From: a virus
Taxonomy: Duplodnaviria > Caudoviricetes
Strand: one strand, 5' to 3'
IMG/VR virus record: IMGVR_UViG_3300010883_026628
Coordinates: 2,064 to 66,063 of that record
DNA length: 64,000 bases
Shown: piece by piece, positions 28,238 to 37,240 of the stretch
How positions within the stretch are numbered: position 1 is the first letter of the stretch
How the letters are laid out: each line of letters starts with the position of its first letter
The notes under the pieces: model-generated
Databases searched by the model: none
Told to the model about the DNA's origin: nothing
The model's input: the letters and a program-made list of their open reading frames with translations, nothing else
Position numbers and translations under genes: made by a program

Positions 28238-29043
28238 TGCCGTTTATTACAAATGAGGGTTTTACTGAATTCATTAAGGGCGCTCGTGTTGCGTTAGTCG
28301 GTCCCGGTGCCAGCGCTTCAACCCATGAGCAAGGTAAGCTAATAGACGGTTACGATTATGTTGCTAGAGTAAAGTCGTTTTTTATCCCGGAAGAGAAAAG
28401 AGAGTCACACGGTTCTAGAATAGACTTTCTTTATACTGATAATGAACAGACAAATGACGTATTGCCTGGTGATACAGTAATCGTTCAGGGCGATAAACAA
28501 ATAATTCAAATGCATCCTGATAATATCCAGAAAAGAGTTGATATATTACAAAACGATATAAAAGTTGTAATTTCGACATGTCCTAAAGCTGAATGGTTTT
28601 TCCATAGATTTGTTGGTGCATTAAACGGTATGGCTGGTTTAACTAATGTTAGAATTATGCCAGATGAACCCTACATGCAAATAAGGCAAGAGACCATGAG
28701 ACCCAACGCTGGCTTTTCTGCCATAATAGATCTAGTCTCATTACCAATATCAGAACTGTATATTACCGGTATCGATTTTTATCGTTCTTTATACCGCGAT
28801 AGTTATCTAAACTCTCTTTGGACAAAAGACACTATACTGAATATGATAAATTCTCCTGATGGTCAAACCCCGGATGGAAATCCCGATTATCATGATCCGG
28901 ATAAGCAGTTTAAATATTTTAAGCATAAAATATATGCTACAGATGATCGTATAAGAGTTGATCCATTTCTTAAAAAAGCTTTAGAAGATGATCGGTATGA
29001 AGATTTTGAAACGGCAATGGGGTTATATGAGCAAAAGAATTAA
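28237..29043 (+). CDS. GT29-like (sialyltransferase-fold) glycosyltransferase 2
   Basis: VALVGPG......QGKLIDGYDYVARV...HGSRIDF, RPNAGFSAIIDLV....LYITGIDF and HDPDKQ. Paralog of 26565. Confidence 0.75.
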   Translation: MPFITNEGFTEFIKGARVALVGPGASASTHEQGKLIDGYDYVARVKSFFIPEEKRESHGSRIDFLYTDNEQTNDVLPGDTVIVQGDKQIIQMHPDNIQKRVDILQNDIKVVISTCPKAEWFFHRFVGALNGMAGLTNVRIMPDEPYMQIRQETMRPNAGFSAIIDLVSLPISELYITGIDFYRSLYRDSYLNSLWTKDTILNMINSPDGQTPDGNPDYHDPDKQFKYFKHKIYATDDRIRVDPFLKKALEDDRYEDFETAMGLYEQKN

Positions 29044-29698
29044 AGCCTTAATACCAGTTCGCGCCGGATCGCAGCGCGTCATAGAAAAAAATATTCGTAA
29101 ATTTGCTAATTCATCTCTTTTAGAAATAAAGATAAGACAATTGAAGCGTATTTCTGGTATAGATGAAATAATCGTAAACTCTGATTGTCCTAAAATGTTA
29201 GAGATAGCTAATAAAAACGGTGTCACAGCTATAAGCAGGGATCCCTATTTCGCTAGTAGCGGTGTTTCGATGAATGATGTATGGCAGCACTTAGCAGAAG
29301 TTACCGATAGTGATCATATCATTTATACGAACTGCACGAACCCATTGGTGAAAGATGAAAGCTACGAATTAGCAATACAAAAATATCTTAACTTAGATAA
29401 AGAATTTGACTCTTTAACAACTGTAAATAGGGTACAAGAATACCTGTGGGATAAAGATGTAGCGATTAACTATGATCCTAAAAACCATCCCAGATCTCAA
29501 GATCTTCCAGTTTATAATGCGCTAAATTTTGCTATATCGATAATTCCTAGAGTGTTAATGGTAGAAAGTAAAAGTATACTGGGTAACAATTTCTATCATT
29601 TCATAATTTCTGACATCGAGTCTATCGATATCGATACGATGGATGACTTTGTGCTGGCCGAAAGTGTGTATAGGACCTTAGATAAGAAAGAAAAGTAG
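29027..29698 (+). CDS. neuA: CMP-ulosonic acid (CMP-Neu5Ac/Kdo-type) synthetase, cytidylyltransferase
   Basis: ALIPVRAGSQRVIEKNIRKF, IIVNSD, CTNPL, PRSQDLP and IDIDTMDDF. Confidence 0.88.
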   Translation: MSKRIKALIPVRAGSQRVIEKNIRKFANSSLLEIKIRQLKRISGIDEIIVNSDCPKMLEIANKNGVTAISRDPYFASSGVSMNDVWQHLAEVTDSDHIIYTNCTNPLVKDESYELAIQKYLNLDKEFDSLTTVNRVQEYLWDKDVAINYDPKNHPRSQDLPVYNALNFAISIIPRVLMVESKSILGNNFYHFIISDIESIDIDTMDDFVLAESVYRTLDKKEK

Positions 29699-29699
29699 T

Positions 29700-30263
29700 A
29701 TGTATAAAAATAAAATTGTAAAGTATATACAACAAGTTAGTGAAATTGCTGGTAAGCTAGATGTTAATTCTATGAATAATTTAGCTAATGAAATAGAAAT
29801 TCTAAAAAAGAATTCTGGTCGTCTTTTTATATGTGGTGTTGGCGGCTCTGCTGGAAACGCCTCACATGCCGTGAACGATTTTAGAAAAATATTAGGAATC
29901 GAATCCTACGCACCGACAGATAACGTATCAGAACTGACGGCTAGAATAAATGATGAAGGGTGGGATACATCTATATCTAACTGGCTACAGACATCTAGAC
30001 TTTGCTCCAACGATGCAATTCTAATTCTGTCGGTGGGCGGCGGCAGCGACGCCACATCACGGAACTTAGTAAAAGCGATGGAATATACAAAGTCTAAAGG
30101 TGGAAAAGTTTTGGGGATTGTGAGTCGAGATGGTGGAATGACAAAACGCTTAGCTGATGTATGTGTACTTATCCCAATCGTCGATAATAATAAAATTACA
30201 CCACATGCAGAAGAATTTCAAGCTATTGTTTGGCATATGCTCGTAACAATTATTAGAGGATAG
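29700..30263 (+). CDS. gmhA: SIS-domain phosphoheptose isomerase (GmhA-like)
   Basis: LFICGVGGSAGNASHAVND, LTARINDEGW, RDGG and PHAEEFQ..WH. Confidence 0.82.
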   Translation: MYKNKIVKYIQQVSEIAGKLDVNSMNNLANEIEILKKNSGRLFICGVGGSAGNASHAVNDFRKILGIESYAPTDNVSELTARINDEGWDTSISNWLQTSRLCSNDAILILSVGGGSDATSRNLVKAMEYTKSKGGKVLGIVSRDGGMTKRLADVCVLIPIVDNNKITPHAEEFQAIVWHMLVTIIRG

Positions 30264-30267
30264 TACT

Positions 30268-30972
30268 ATGGACATTAAACTTTATGCTGATGGCGCGAAT
30301 ATTGATGACATAGCTGACTTGTCTAAAAGAGAAAGTATTTCTGGATTCACAACAAATCCAACGTTAATGAAGTTAGCTGGTATTAACGACTACTTAGCGT
30401 TCGCAAAGAAAGTTATAAAAAGTACAAACGGCAAACCAATTTCTTTAGAAGTATTCTCTGATGATCTAGGAGAAATGAAAAGGCAAGCAGAATTATTGAC
30501 AGCTATAAACGAGTTGGTATATGTCAAAATTCCAGTCACAAATACGAAAGGTGTATCCACCGCCCCTATAATAGCCGAGCTGTCTGCCGCCGGCGTCAAA
30601 CTAAACGTGACAGCAATATTTTCAATAGCGCAAGTGAAAACAGTGGTAGCCGCTTTGGAACACAGCTCAGCTCCCTCGATTGTATCAGTTTTCGCCGGCC
30701 GAATAGCAGATACTGGTATCGATCCAGTCCCACACATGTCGGAAGCAAAAAGTATTTGCGGTATAATATCAGACTGCGAACTTTTATGGGCTAGCCCGAG
30801 AGAAGTGCTAAACGTATTCCAGGCTAATGATTGCGGCTGTGACATTATAACTGCCACCCCTGAAATATTAGCTAAACTCGAAAGATCTCGTGGAAAAGAG
30901 CTAGAACAATTTTCTTTAGAAACAGTGCAGATGTTTTATAATGACGCCAAGGCCGCCGGATATTCATTATGA
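30268..30972 (+). CDS. tal: Transaldolase (short TalC/FSA type)
   Basis: LYADGA, GFTTNPTLM, YVKIP (Schiff-base Lys), LNVTAIF, SVFAGRIADTG and LLWASPRE. Confidence 0.92.
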   Translation: MDIKLYADGANIDDIADLSKRESISGFTTNPTLMKLAGINDYLAFAKKVIKSTNGKPISLEVFSDDLGEMKRQAELLTAINELVYVKIPVTNTKGVSTAPIIAELSAAGVKLNVTAIFSIAQVKTVVAALEHSSAPSIVSVFAGRIADTGIDPVPHMSEAKSICGIISDCELLWASPREVLNVFQANDCGCDIITATPEILAKLERSRGKELEQFSLETVQMFYNDAKAAGYSL

Positions 30973-31943
30973 TTATAGCTAAGGCACCATTTAGGATAAC
31001 TCTCGGCGGAGGTGGCACAGACTTACCCAGCTTTTATGAGAAGCACGGTGGATTCGTTTTGTCAATGGCACTAGACAAATATATATACGTGTGTCTTAAG
31101 CCTTTGGCAATGACCGACAAGATAAGACTTCAATATTCCAAAACAGAGTTAGTAAAATCAGCTAACGAGCTGCAGCATAATAGGGCCAGGCAAGCGTTAC
31201 TTCGTCATAACCTTACCAATGGACTAGAAATAGTAAGCATTGCGGATCTTCCAGCCAGCTCCGGGTTAGGTTCATCTGGAAGCTACCTTGTTGCTCTTTT
31301 ATCTGCCATTCGACATCAAAAAAGACTACCAACAGATCCTATAACAGTAGCTAGTGAAGCCTGCGAGATTGAGATTGTGGACTTAAATCAACCAGTGGGA
31401 AAACAAGATCAGTATATCTCTGCCTTCGGTGGCGTTCAAGAGTTACATATAGCCAAAAGTGGCACTGTCGATGTTAAGCCCTCAAGCGTGTCTGCCTATA
31501 ATTTAAATGAGCTATTATCTAGATTACACGTCTATTATACCGGTGTACTAAGAAACGCCTCAGACATTCTTACCGCACAAAGTAAGCTAAGGGGCAAGTC
31601 AGAAGAAAGTCTTCTAAAGATAAAGGAGCTAGGTTATAAGTTTTCCGAAGCCCTAAATAAAGGTGATTTTGACACTTTTGGTTTATTACTCCATGAGCAT
31701 TGGGAGAGTAAGAAGAAGATGTCTAATAAAATCACACTTGACAAAGTTGATAAACTATATGAAATTGTTAGAAAAGACTTTGGCGTTCTTGGTGGTAAGA
31801 TCATCGGCGCCGGCGGCGGCGGATTTTTGATGTTATATAGTCCACAAAAAGATTCTCTACTTCAAAGTTATATGGAGTCCCACGGATTAACTAGACTAAA
31901 CTATAATGTCAATATGACAGGAACAACTGTAACAACAGTTTAG
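30969..31943 (+). CDS. hddA: GHMP kinase, D-glycero-alpha-D-manno-heptose-7-phosphate kinase-like
   Basis: APFRITLGGGGTDLP, SGLGSSG, GKQDQY..AFGG and GGKIIGAGGGGF. Confidence 0.9.
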   Translation: MIIAKAPFRITLGGGGTDLPSFYEKHGGFVLSMALDKYIYVCLKPLAMTDKIRLQYSKTELVKSANELQHNRARQALLRHNLTNGLEIVSIADLPASSGLGSSGSYLVALLSAIRHQKRLPTDPITVASEACEIEIVDLNQPVGKQDQYISAFGGVQELHIAKSGTVDVKPSSVSAYNLNELLSRLHVYYTGVLRNASDILTAQSKLRGKSEESLLKIKELGYKFSEALNKGDFDTFGLLLHEHWESKKKMSNKITLDKVDKLYEIVRKDFGVLGGKIIGAGGGGFLMLYSPQKDSLLQSYMESHGLTRLNYNVNMTGTTVTTV

Positions 31944-31951
31944 GGATTATT

Positions 31952-32254
31952 ATGATTTATTGCTTTGATATTGATGGTACAATTTGTAATACTGACGGAA
32001 ATGATTATTCAAGCTCAACTCCATTTGTCGATGTAATCAACAAGATAAAACAGTTATATCATGAAGGCCACGTAATAAAAATGTTTACTGCTCGCGGAAG
32101 TGTTTCTGGGAGAGACTGGACACAACTTACTGCAAGACAACTGAAGGAATGGAACGTACCTTATCATGAATTAATAATGAATAAGAAGCCGCACTATGAT
32201 GTATTAATAGATGATAAAGCTATTAACGCTATGGCCTGGAGAATGCTCACATGA
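31952..32254 (+). CDS. Small capless HAD-family phosphatase
   Basis: FDIDGTIC, FTARG and KP.YDVLIDDKA. Confidence 0.85.
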   Translation: MIYCFDIDGTICNTDGNDYSSSTPFVDVINKIKQLYHEGHVIKMFTARGSVSGRDWTQLTARQLKEWNVPYHELIMNKKPHYDVLIDDKAINAMAWRMLT

Positions 32255-33153
32255 GATGCTTAGTCACTGGGGGCTGTGGTTTCATTGGAGGTCATATTGT
32301 AGATGCCTTAGAGGCCCGCGGACACACCATCGATGTGGTCGATAATCTATCTGCTGAATCTAATATCTCTTACCGCAACGATTCTAAGAATGTGTTATAT
32401 CATGATATTGATATATGCAATTATAGTGAGATGGAAAAATTATTTAATAAGAAAAGATATAATTGGGTTTTCCATCTAGCTGCAGAGTCAAGAATACAAC
32501 CATCTTTAATAAATCCTGTGAAAGCTACCCATGTAAACGTCTTAGGAACATGTTCATTATTAAATCTTTGTAGAGATTATAAGGTTAATAGGTTTGTATA
32601 TTCATCCACATCAGCTTGTTATGGAACAAAAAATAAACCTCCCCTGACCGAAGACATGTTAAATGATAATCTAAATCCCTACGCCGTAACCAAGTTGGCT
32701 GCAGAAGATTTTTGTATGATGTATTGGAAAACGTTTTATACTCCGACTGTGGCTTTAAGATATTTTAACGTTTACGGTGATAGAATGCCTAGTAAAGGGC
32801 AATATGCGCCAGCGTTAGCAATCTTTATGAAACAAAGATCTAAGGGCGAACCCTTAACAGTCGTCGGCGACGGAACACAAACTAGAGATTTCGTTCATGT
32901 AAGTGATGTCGTTAAAGCCAACATCGCTGTCGCCGAAGCTGCTGTAGATCACGTTTGTGGCCAGGCATTTAATGTCGGTACTGGTAGAGATATTTCCATT
33001 CTTAAAATAGCAGAAATTATTAGCGATGACATTGTGTATATCCCTCCAAGATCTGGTGAGTCTAAAAATACGTTATGCGATTATACTAAGCTTAATAACG
33101 CTGTTGGTTGGACTCCAGAAATTAATTTAATCGATTGGTTAAAAGAAAATTGA
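32251..33153 (+). CDS. NAD-dependent nucleotide-sugar epimerase (GalE/WbpP-like SDR)
   Basis: TGGCGFIG, HLAAE, YSSTSACYG, YAVTK, LRYFNVYG and GDGTQTRDFVHV. Confidence 0.92.
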   Translation: MRCLVTGGCGFIGGHIVDALEARGHTIDVVDNLSAESNISYRNDSKNVLYHDIDICNYSEMEKLFNKKRYNWVFHLAAESRIQPSLINPVKATHVNVLGTCSLLNLCRDYKVNRFVYSSTSACYGTKNKPPLTEDMLNDNLNPYAVTKLAAEDFCMMYWKTFYTPTVALRYFNVYGDRMPSKGQYAPALAIFMKQRSKGEPLTVVGDGTQTRDFVHVSDVVKANIAVAEAAVDHVCGQAFNVGTGRDISILKIAEIISDDIVYIPPRSGESKNTLCDYTKLNNAVGWTPEINLIDWLKEN

Positions 33154-34106
33154 AAAAAAATGTATATATCACCGGCGGTTCCGGATTAGTTGGTACTGCG
33201 TTTAAGAATTCAAGCCACGATTCTATAAACTGGCACCCGATACCAGGACCGTCGACCGGTGGTCCTGATTTTTTGGATAGAAAGCAAACATTTGATTTTT
33301 TTGAGAAGAGTAAAGCTGACGCAATTGTACATACCGCTGCTCGAGTAGGTGGTATAAGGGCTAATATGGAAAACCCTTTAGATTTTTATTCTGAAAATAC
33401 TAGAATAAATGTGAATGTATTAGATGCCGCGGCTCATTTTGGGATCAAAAAGTGCATTTCTTTTTTATCGACATGTGTGTATCCAGACAATACAACATTT
33501 CCGTTAAGCGAAAACAAGATACATCTGGGTGCTCCCCATTCTTCAAATTTTGCTTATGCTTATGCTAAAAGAATGTTGGATATACATTCTAGAGCGATCA
33601 AGTCCCAATTGGGATTTAACTATTTTTGTGTATCCCCGAACAACTTATACGGTATAAATGATAATTTTGATCTTGAAAATTCCCATGTAATTCCTGCAAT
33701 AATCCGAAAGATGTATGACGCAAATAGGCTGGGCAATAATGAAGTTAAGCTGTGGGGTTCCGGCACTCCCTTAAGAGAATTTACCTTTGCCGATGACATA
33801 CCCGATATAATCGGCTTCTTATTAACTCGTAATCATAACATAGACGATGTTATTAATATAGGTAATACCATGGAAGAGGTCACTATAAACAAAGTGGCTA
33901 GATTAATCAGAAAGTGTCTGGGGTATAATATGAACGTTATATGGGACACCTCTCAACCTACCGGACAATTAAGAAAACCATCATCAAGTGAAAAGCTTGA
34001 AGCGCTGGGCTATGATCTAAATAGTATGACTAAGATCGAAGACGGATTAACAAAAACAATCACCTGGTTTTTAAAAAGTTATCCAAAAATCAGAGGTATT
34101 AAATGA
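33150..34106 (+). CDS. fcl: GDP-L-fucose synthase
   Basis: TGGSGLVG, AARVGGIRAN, FLSTCVYP, YAYAKR, PNNLYGINDNF, SHVIPA and WGSGTPLREF. TTGA overlap start. Confidence 0.92.
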   Translation: MKKNVYITGGSGLVGTAFKNSSHDSINWHPIPGPSTGGPDFLDRKQTFDFFEKSKADAIVHTAARVGGIRANMENPLDFYSENTRINVNVLDAAAHFGIKKCISFLSTCVYPDNTTFPLSENKIHLGAPHSSNFAYAYAKRMLDIHSRAIKSQLGFNYFCVSPNNLYGINDNFDLENSHVIPAIIRKMYDANRLGNNEVKLWGSGTPLREFTFADDIPDIIGFLLTRNHNIDDVINIGNTMEEVTINKVARLIRKCLGYNMNVIWDTSQPTGQLRKPSSSEKLEALGYDLNSMTKIEDGLTKTITWFLKSYPKIRGIK

Positions 34107-35074
34107 CCACTGCTTTAATAACTGGCATTTCTGGCCAAGACGGCTCTTATTTGGCAGAGTATTTACTTTCTCTAGGGTATAAGGTGGTTGGATTAAAGAG
34201 AAGAACCAGCTTAATTTGTACAGATAGGATCGATCATATCTTTTACCACAAAAACTTTAGTCTGGAGTATTTTGAACTAGATGATCCAGGCGTAATATAT
34301 CGATTAATAAGCAAGTATAATCCAGATGAGATTTATAATTTAGCTGCGCAATCTCATGTAAGAGTAAGTTTCGATATACCTTTATCTACAATAAATACTA
34401 TGGTAACCGGTGTAACTAATATATTAGAAGCGATTAGAAATACAAACCAAAAGATCAAATTTTATCAAGCTTCCTCTTCTGAAATGTTTGGTGATAACCC
34501 GAACATACCTCAAAACGAGTTTACTAGACTTTCTCCGGCTAGTCCATATGCATGTGCGAAAGTCTTCGCTCACCACTTAGTCAGGAATTATAGGGAATCC
34601 TATAATATGTTTGCAACTAGCGGGATCCTTTTCAATCATGAATCTCCTAGAAGGGGCGAGACATTTGTAACTAGAAAAATTACCCTCGCCGCTGCGAGAA
34701 TTAAATTAGGTCTACAAGAGAAGCTCTATTTAGGAAATTTAGATGCCTTAAGGGACTGGGGTTTTGCTGGTGATTATGTGAAAGCCATGCATTTAATGTT
34801 ACAACAATCAAACCCCGATGACTACGTAATAGCCACAGGTAAAGCGTATAGTGTAAAAGATTGGTTGACAAAGGTTTTTGAAATAGCTCATCTATCAATA
34901 GACGAATATGTAGAGACGGATCCTAGATTATTTCGTCCCCATGAGGTACCTCACCTTTTAGGAGATCCTTCTAAGGCTAAAAATATTCTAGGGTGGGTTC
35001 CAGAAACTGATTTTGAGTCGTTGGCAGAAATGATGTATAAAGAAGATTTAAATTATGTAAAAAGCCTAAAGTGA
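34103..35074 (+). CDS. gmd: GDP-mannose 4,6-dehydratase
   Basis: ALITGISGQDGSYLAE, YNLAAQSHV, FYQASSSEMFG, LFNHESPRRGETFVTRKIT and RDWGFAGDYV. Confidence 0.96.
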   Translation: MTTALITGISGQDGSYLAEYLLSLGYKVVGLKRRTSLICTDRIDHIFYHKNFSLEYFELDDPGVIYRLISKYNPDEIYNLAAQSHVRVSFDIPLSTINTMVTGVTNILEAIRNTNQKIKFYQASSSEMFGDNPNIPQNEFTRLSPASPYACAKVFAHHLVRNYRESYNMFATSGILFNHESPRRGETFVTRKITLAAARIKLGLQEKLYLGNLDALRDWGFAGDYVKAMHLMLQQSNPDDYVIATGKAYSVKDWLTKVFEIAHLSIDEYVETDPRLFRPHEVPHLLGDPSKAKNILGWVPETDFESLAEMMYKEDLNYVKSLK

Positions 35075-35089
35075 TATTATGATTAATTA

Positions 35090-35968
35090 ATGTCTATAGA
35101 TCAAAATAATAAACTCCCTATACTACCAAACCACAAGCCACATATTTCTTATTCTGAGATTCGTAACTGGAAAGAGTGTCCGTGGCGCCACAAGTTAGCA
35201 TACATCGATAAGATCAATATGTTTGAAATGTCTCCCTACCTTTCATATGGCACCGCGGTACATAATGGGATAGAGAATTTTTTACTAACAGGAAAAATGG
35301 ACGTCGATTCTGCGTTACAAGAAATTAGACAAGAGTGGGAGAAACACCGATTTGATGGTGACGAATTTATTGCTGTCCAAGCTGCGCATCGTAAAAGTAA
35401 CGGATGGAAACCAAAAGATCATATCTACCTACCATCGTGGCTCGAATATGCTAAGAATAGTTTAGAAGAGATTCCAGGTTTCCTGAAAGAAACGTTTGGC
35501 GATTATGAAGTAGTGAGTGCAGAAGAACAGTTATATGAACATGTACCCGCAGTCGACGCCTATTTTAAGGGATTTATTGATGCGCTTATAAAGACCACTG
35601 ATCGTAATGGCAAAGAAATCTACTGGGTAATAGATTGGAAAACAGCCGGAGACAAAGGATGGTATGCGAGTAAGAGAAAAGATATCTTAACATGGGCCCA
35701 GATCGCACTTTATAAACATTTTTGGAGAACAAAGGAGGAAATAGATATAAAGTCTGTTAGATGCGGATTCGTCCTCTTAAAGAGAGGCGCACCAGCTGGA
35801 AATACGTGCGAGTTAGTGAAGGTTTCTGTTGGACCAAAAGCAGAAGAAAAATGTACCTCTATTTTAAGAAGTATGGTTTTGTCAATGAAGCGCGGTCTTT
35901 TTCTCAAAAACAGGAATTCCTGTATGTTTTGTGACTACAAGGGAACAGAGCACTGCCAAGGCAGTTAA
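35090..35968 (+). CDS. PD-(D/E)XK nuclease, Cas4/AddB-like with probable Fe-S staple
   Basis: HISYS....ECP, GTAVH, KGFIDAL, IDWKT, QIALY and a C-terminal CMFC......HC. Confidence 0.85.
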   Translation: MSIDQNNKLPILPNHKPHISYSEIRNWKECPWRHKLAYIDKINMFEMSPYLSYGTAVHNGIENFLLTGKMDVDSALQEIRQEWEKHRFDGDEFIAVQAAHRKSNGWKPKDHIYLPSWLEYAKNSLEEIPGFLKETFGDYEVVSAEEQLYEHVPAVDAYFKGFIDALIKTTDRNGKEIYWVIDWKTAGDKGWYASKRKDILTWAQIALYKHFWRTKEEIDIKSVRCGFVLLKRGAPAGNTCELVKVSVGPKAEEKCTSILRSMVLSMKRGLFLKNRNSCMFCDYKGTEHCQGS

Positions 35969-35986
35969 GGTTATTAGGTAAAGCGT

Positions 35987-37240
35987 ATGGAAAAATATAA
36001 GATATTATTATTGTCTGATCATGCCTTAAGCCCCTCTGGGGTTGGCGTTCAATCTAGGTTCTTGTCCCATGGTCTAATAGAGAAAGGTCACTGGACAATC
36101 CGTCAACTCGGCGCAGCAATTCAACATGAAGATTATTCACTAACCAAGGTTACTGATGATTTTTTGATTAAGCCTGTCGACGGTTTTGGTACCCCTGAAA
36201 TGATTCGTTCTCTTTTGGCTTCTGAAAAACCAGATATTATTCTATTGTTTACTGATCCTAGGTTCTTTGTTTGGTTGTGGCAAATGGAAGACGAAATTCA
36301 TCAAATATGTCCAATTGCGTATTGGCATGTATGGGACAATAAGCCGTTTCCTACATTCAACAACCAATTTTATGAAGCAACAGACTTAATTAATTGTCAT
36401 AGCCATCATACATATGAACAAGTTAAGGAGCATTGGCCAGATAGAACAAATTTTATTCCACATGCTTTACCTGAAGATGTATTTTTTAAATTAGACAAAC
36501 AGGCAATACAAAATCATAAAAATGATCTTTTAGGAAAAGAGAAAATTAATGATTTTGTGTTATTCTGGGTTAATCGTAATGCAAAAAGAAAACGACCGGC
36601 CGATGTATTAGACTCATGGAAAAGATTTTTAGATAAAATAGAAAGTGTGAAAGGAAGAAAGCCTGCGACACTAATAATGCATACCGATCCTTATGATGAA
36701 GAAGGTCCCGATTTGACAGAAGTTGTTAAACTTTTAGGGATAGCTGATAATGTAATATTTTCTACACAAAGAGTCGGATTTGGAGAGATGAATATACTAC
36801 ACAACATCGCTGATTGCTCTATTAATATATCCTATGCTGAAGGTTTTGGCCTAGGCACTCTAGAGTCACTGCAGGTAGGAACCCCGATAATCGCTACAAA
36901 GACCGGTGGTCTATCTAGACAAGTAGTCGATTATAGAGACAACACAGAGAACGGTATCGCTCTAGATGTAGAGTTTCGTTCTCTGGTTGGCTCTCAAAAC
37001 GTTCCTTATATATATGAAGACTACGTTTCATCAGAATCTATTTCAGAAGCAATTTTAAAGATGTATAAAATGTCACCTAGCGAACGTGAAGAGTTAAGTG
37101 AAAAATGCTGTCAATATGTCAAGTCTGAATTTTCTTATCAAAAGACTGTTAACGAGTGGGATAAAACGCTTCTGCAAACAATCAATGATTGGAAGAAAGG
37201 AAAATCGACAACGAATCGATTTGAACTTATCAAGTTATGA
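35987..37240 (+). CDS. GT4 family glycosyltransferase
   Basis: LLSDH..SPSGVG, NRNAKRK and AEGFGLGTLESLQVGTPIIATKTGG. Confidence 0.88.
   Translation: MEKYKILLLSDHALSPSGVGVQSRFLSHGLIEKGHWTIRQLGAAIQHEDYSLTKVTDDFLIKPVDGFGTPEMIRSLLASEKPDIILLFTDPRFFVWLWQMEDEIHQICPIAYWHVWDNKPFPTFNNQFYEATDLINCHSHHTYEQVKEHWPDRTNFIPHALPEDVFFKLDKQAIQNHKNDLLGKEKINDFVLFWVNRNAKRKRPADVLDSWKRFLDKIESVKGRKPATLIMHTDPYDEEGPDLTEVVKLLGIADNVIFSTQRVGFGEMNILHNIADCSINISYAEGFGLGTLESLQVGTPIIATKTGGLSRQVVDYRDNTENGIALDVEFRSLVGSQNVPYIYEDYVSSESISEAILKMYKMSPSEREELSEKCCQYVKSEFSYQKTVNEWDKTLLQTINDWKKGKSTTNRFELIKL

Noticed and set aside
18841-35074. Bacterial chromosomal O-antigen/capsule locus or misassembled host DNA
   Set aside because: No export, polymerase or priming genes. 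Gene packing and sequence style match the flanking phage genes, and the locus is directly continuous with them.
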